NCBI RefSeq assembly: GCF_050920415.1
Contig: NZ_CP169309.1
Length of the DNA: 64,000 bases
Source: Escherichia coli
GTDB lineage: Bacteria > Pseudomonadota > Gammaproteobacteria > Enterobacterales > Enterobacteriaceae
Reading direction: 5' to 3' (one strand)
Shown here: in pieces, positions 62,637-64,000 of the stretch
Layout: every line of letters begins with the position of its first letter
How positions within the stretch are numbered: the stretch's first letter is position 1
Notes under the pieces: generated by a model
Database searches by the model: none
What the model was told of the DNA's origin: nothing
The model's input: the letters and a program-made list of their open reading frames with translations, nothing else
Program-made: the position numbers and the translations under genes

Positions 62637-63998
62637 TTACTTCTCCAGTTGGCGTAATATCTTATTAACTTTATCAAAAGTTTCCTGATATTCCGCTTCT
62701 TCCTGGCTATCGGCGACAATTCCACCGCCCGCAGAGCAGTATATTTGTCCGTTAATGGCAGTCAGCGTGCGGATAGTAATGCTGGTATCCATGTTGCCGC
62801 AAAAGCTCAAATAGCCAATGCTGCCGCACCAGGCATTGCGTCGCTGCGGTTCCAGTTCGTCGATAATTTCCATAGCCCGTACTTTCGGTGCTCCAGTTAT
62901 TGAGCCACCAGGAAAAGCTGCGCGCAGCAGATCGCTGGTGTGTAACTGTTCTGGTAGTTGCGCCGTTATGGTGCTGACCAGATGATGCACGGCAGGGAAG
63001 GGTTCCACCACGAACAGCTCTGGTACTTTTACCGAACCTGCTACGGCAACACGACCGATATCATTACGCATTAAATCGACAATCATCAGATTTTCGGCAC
63101 GATCTTTCGCTGAGTTCGCCAGTTTTTCTGCTTGTTTGCTATCTTCCTGAGGATCGGGCAGGCGTGGTAGCGTGCCTTTAATCGGGCGGGTCTGGATTTC
63201 ACTATTATCACAAAGAATAAACCGCTCTGGCGAAAGGCTTAAAATCGCGCCCTGTTCAAGACGTAAAAAAGCGCTAAATGGCGCGCGGTTGGCCTGATTA
63301 AGCTGAAGGAATGCCTGCCATTCATCGCCAGAATAGGTCGCATGGAAACGCTGGGCGAGATTCACCTGATAGCAATCACCGCTGTGCAGATATTCCTGTA
63401 CCTGGCGAAATTTTTCGCCGTACAGCTCGCGGGTCATATTGGATTGCCAGTCGGAAGTGAGCGTGAAATCTTCCTGCGGCGAGAATTGCTGGCTTTCCAG
63501 CCAGGCCCGACGGGCATTGACATCATTATGACTCAGCAAAGAAACTGTTTGACGCTGGTGGTCGACAATGAGCGCCCAGTCGTAGATACCCACAGCCATA
63601 TCCGGCAGAACGATATCTTGCTGCGCAATTTCTGGCAGTGACTCAAAACGGCGGCCCAGATCGTAGCCAAACAACCCCAGCGCGCCGCCCTGAAATGGCA
63701 AATCTTCGTTATGCGCTGGGCGAATGTCTGCGCGATCCAGCACCTGCTGGAGCACCTGTAGCGGGTCATCAGTGGTCGTTGTGCATTTTTCGCTTTCACT
63801 AACAACGGTTTCTTTACCGAAAGTGGTTAAAGTGCAAATCGGCTCGGCGACCACAATATCAAAGCGGCTATATGGATGATCGGCATAGCCGGAGTGTAAA
63901 AGCATCGCCCACGGCAGGTGACTTAAGCGGGAGAAATAAAATTCAGCGGCGTCCTGACGCCAGGGTAAAGTAATCACAGCGGGAGATAACGTCTTCAT
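62637..63998 (-). CDS. pabB: Aminodeoxychorismate synthase component I
   Basis: 453 aa TrpE/PabB-family protein; complete within the window. Confidence 0.95.
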   Translation of the reverse strand: MKTLSPAVITLPWRQDAAEFYFSRLSHLPWAMLLHSGYADHPYSRFDIVVAEPICTLTTFGKETVVSESEKCTTTTDDPLQVLQQVLDRADIRPAHNEDLPFQGGALGLFGYDLGRRFESLPEIAQQDIVLPDMAVGIYDWALIVDHQRQTVSLLSHNDVNARRAWLESQQFSPQEDFTLTSDWQSNMTRELYGEKFRQVQEYLHSGDCYQVNLAQRFHATYSGDEWQAFLQLNQANRAPFSAFLRLEQGAILSLSPERFILCDNSEIQTRPIKGTLPRLPDPQEDSKQAEKLANSAKDRAENLMIVDLMRNDIGRVAVAGSVKVPELFVVEPFPAVHHLVSTITAQLPEQLHTSDLLRAAFPGGSITGAPKVRAMEIIDELEPQRRNAWCGSIGYLSFCGNMDTSITIRTLTAINGQIYCSAGGGIVADSQEEAEYQETFDKVNKILRQLEK

Positions 63999-64000
63999 CA

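Overview
This window reads as an Escherichia coli chromosomal segment, in reverse orientation relative to the K-12 map, running from yecD/aspS through ruvCAB, znuACB, zwf-edd-eda, ptrB, the cop-like yobA-yebZ-yebY genes, letAB, prc, htpX, cspC and manXYZ to sdaA and pabB. Gene identities come from recognising the translated ORFs and conserved gene order; no database search was run and all coordinates are hand-derived. Three accessory insertions interrupt this core backbone. (1) Positions 1-4730 are the right end of a lambdoid prophage (J C-terminus, lom, stf, a tfa-like gene), whose junction truncates yecE after about 31 codons. (2) A low-GC three-gene islet of unknown function (secreted protein, small acidic protein, membrane protein) lies between yebB and ruvA. 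(3) A 1.28 kb IS110-family element, IS621-like, is inserted at the CT core of a REP sequence between ruvB and znuB. The IS621-like element is the most interesting feature: its 5' non-coding region has stem-loops and short segments matching its own target and donor junctions, as expected for a bridge-RNA-guided recombinase, and the recombinase ORF is broken by an apparent -1 frameshift in a G-run. Known regulatory features recognised include LexA boxes (ruvAB, yebG), a Zur box (znuA/znuCB), a PurR box (purT), the SdsR/RyeA sRNA pair and the mntP leader. No tRNA, rRNA or CRISPR array was seen.
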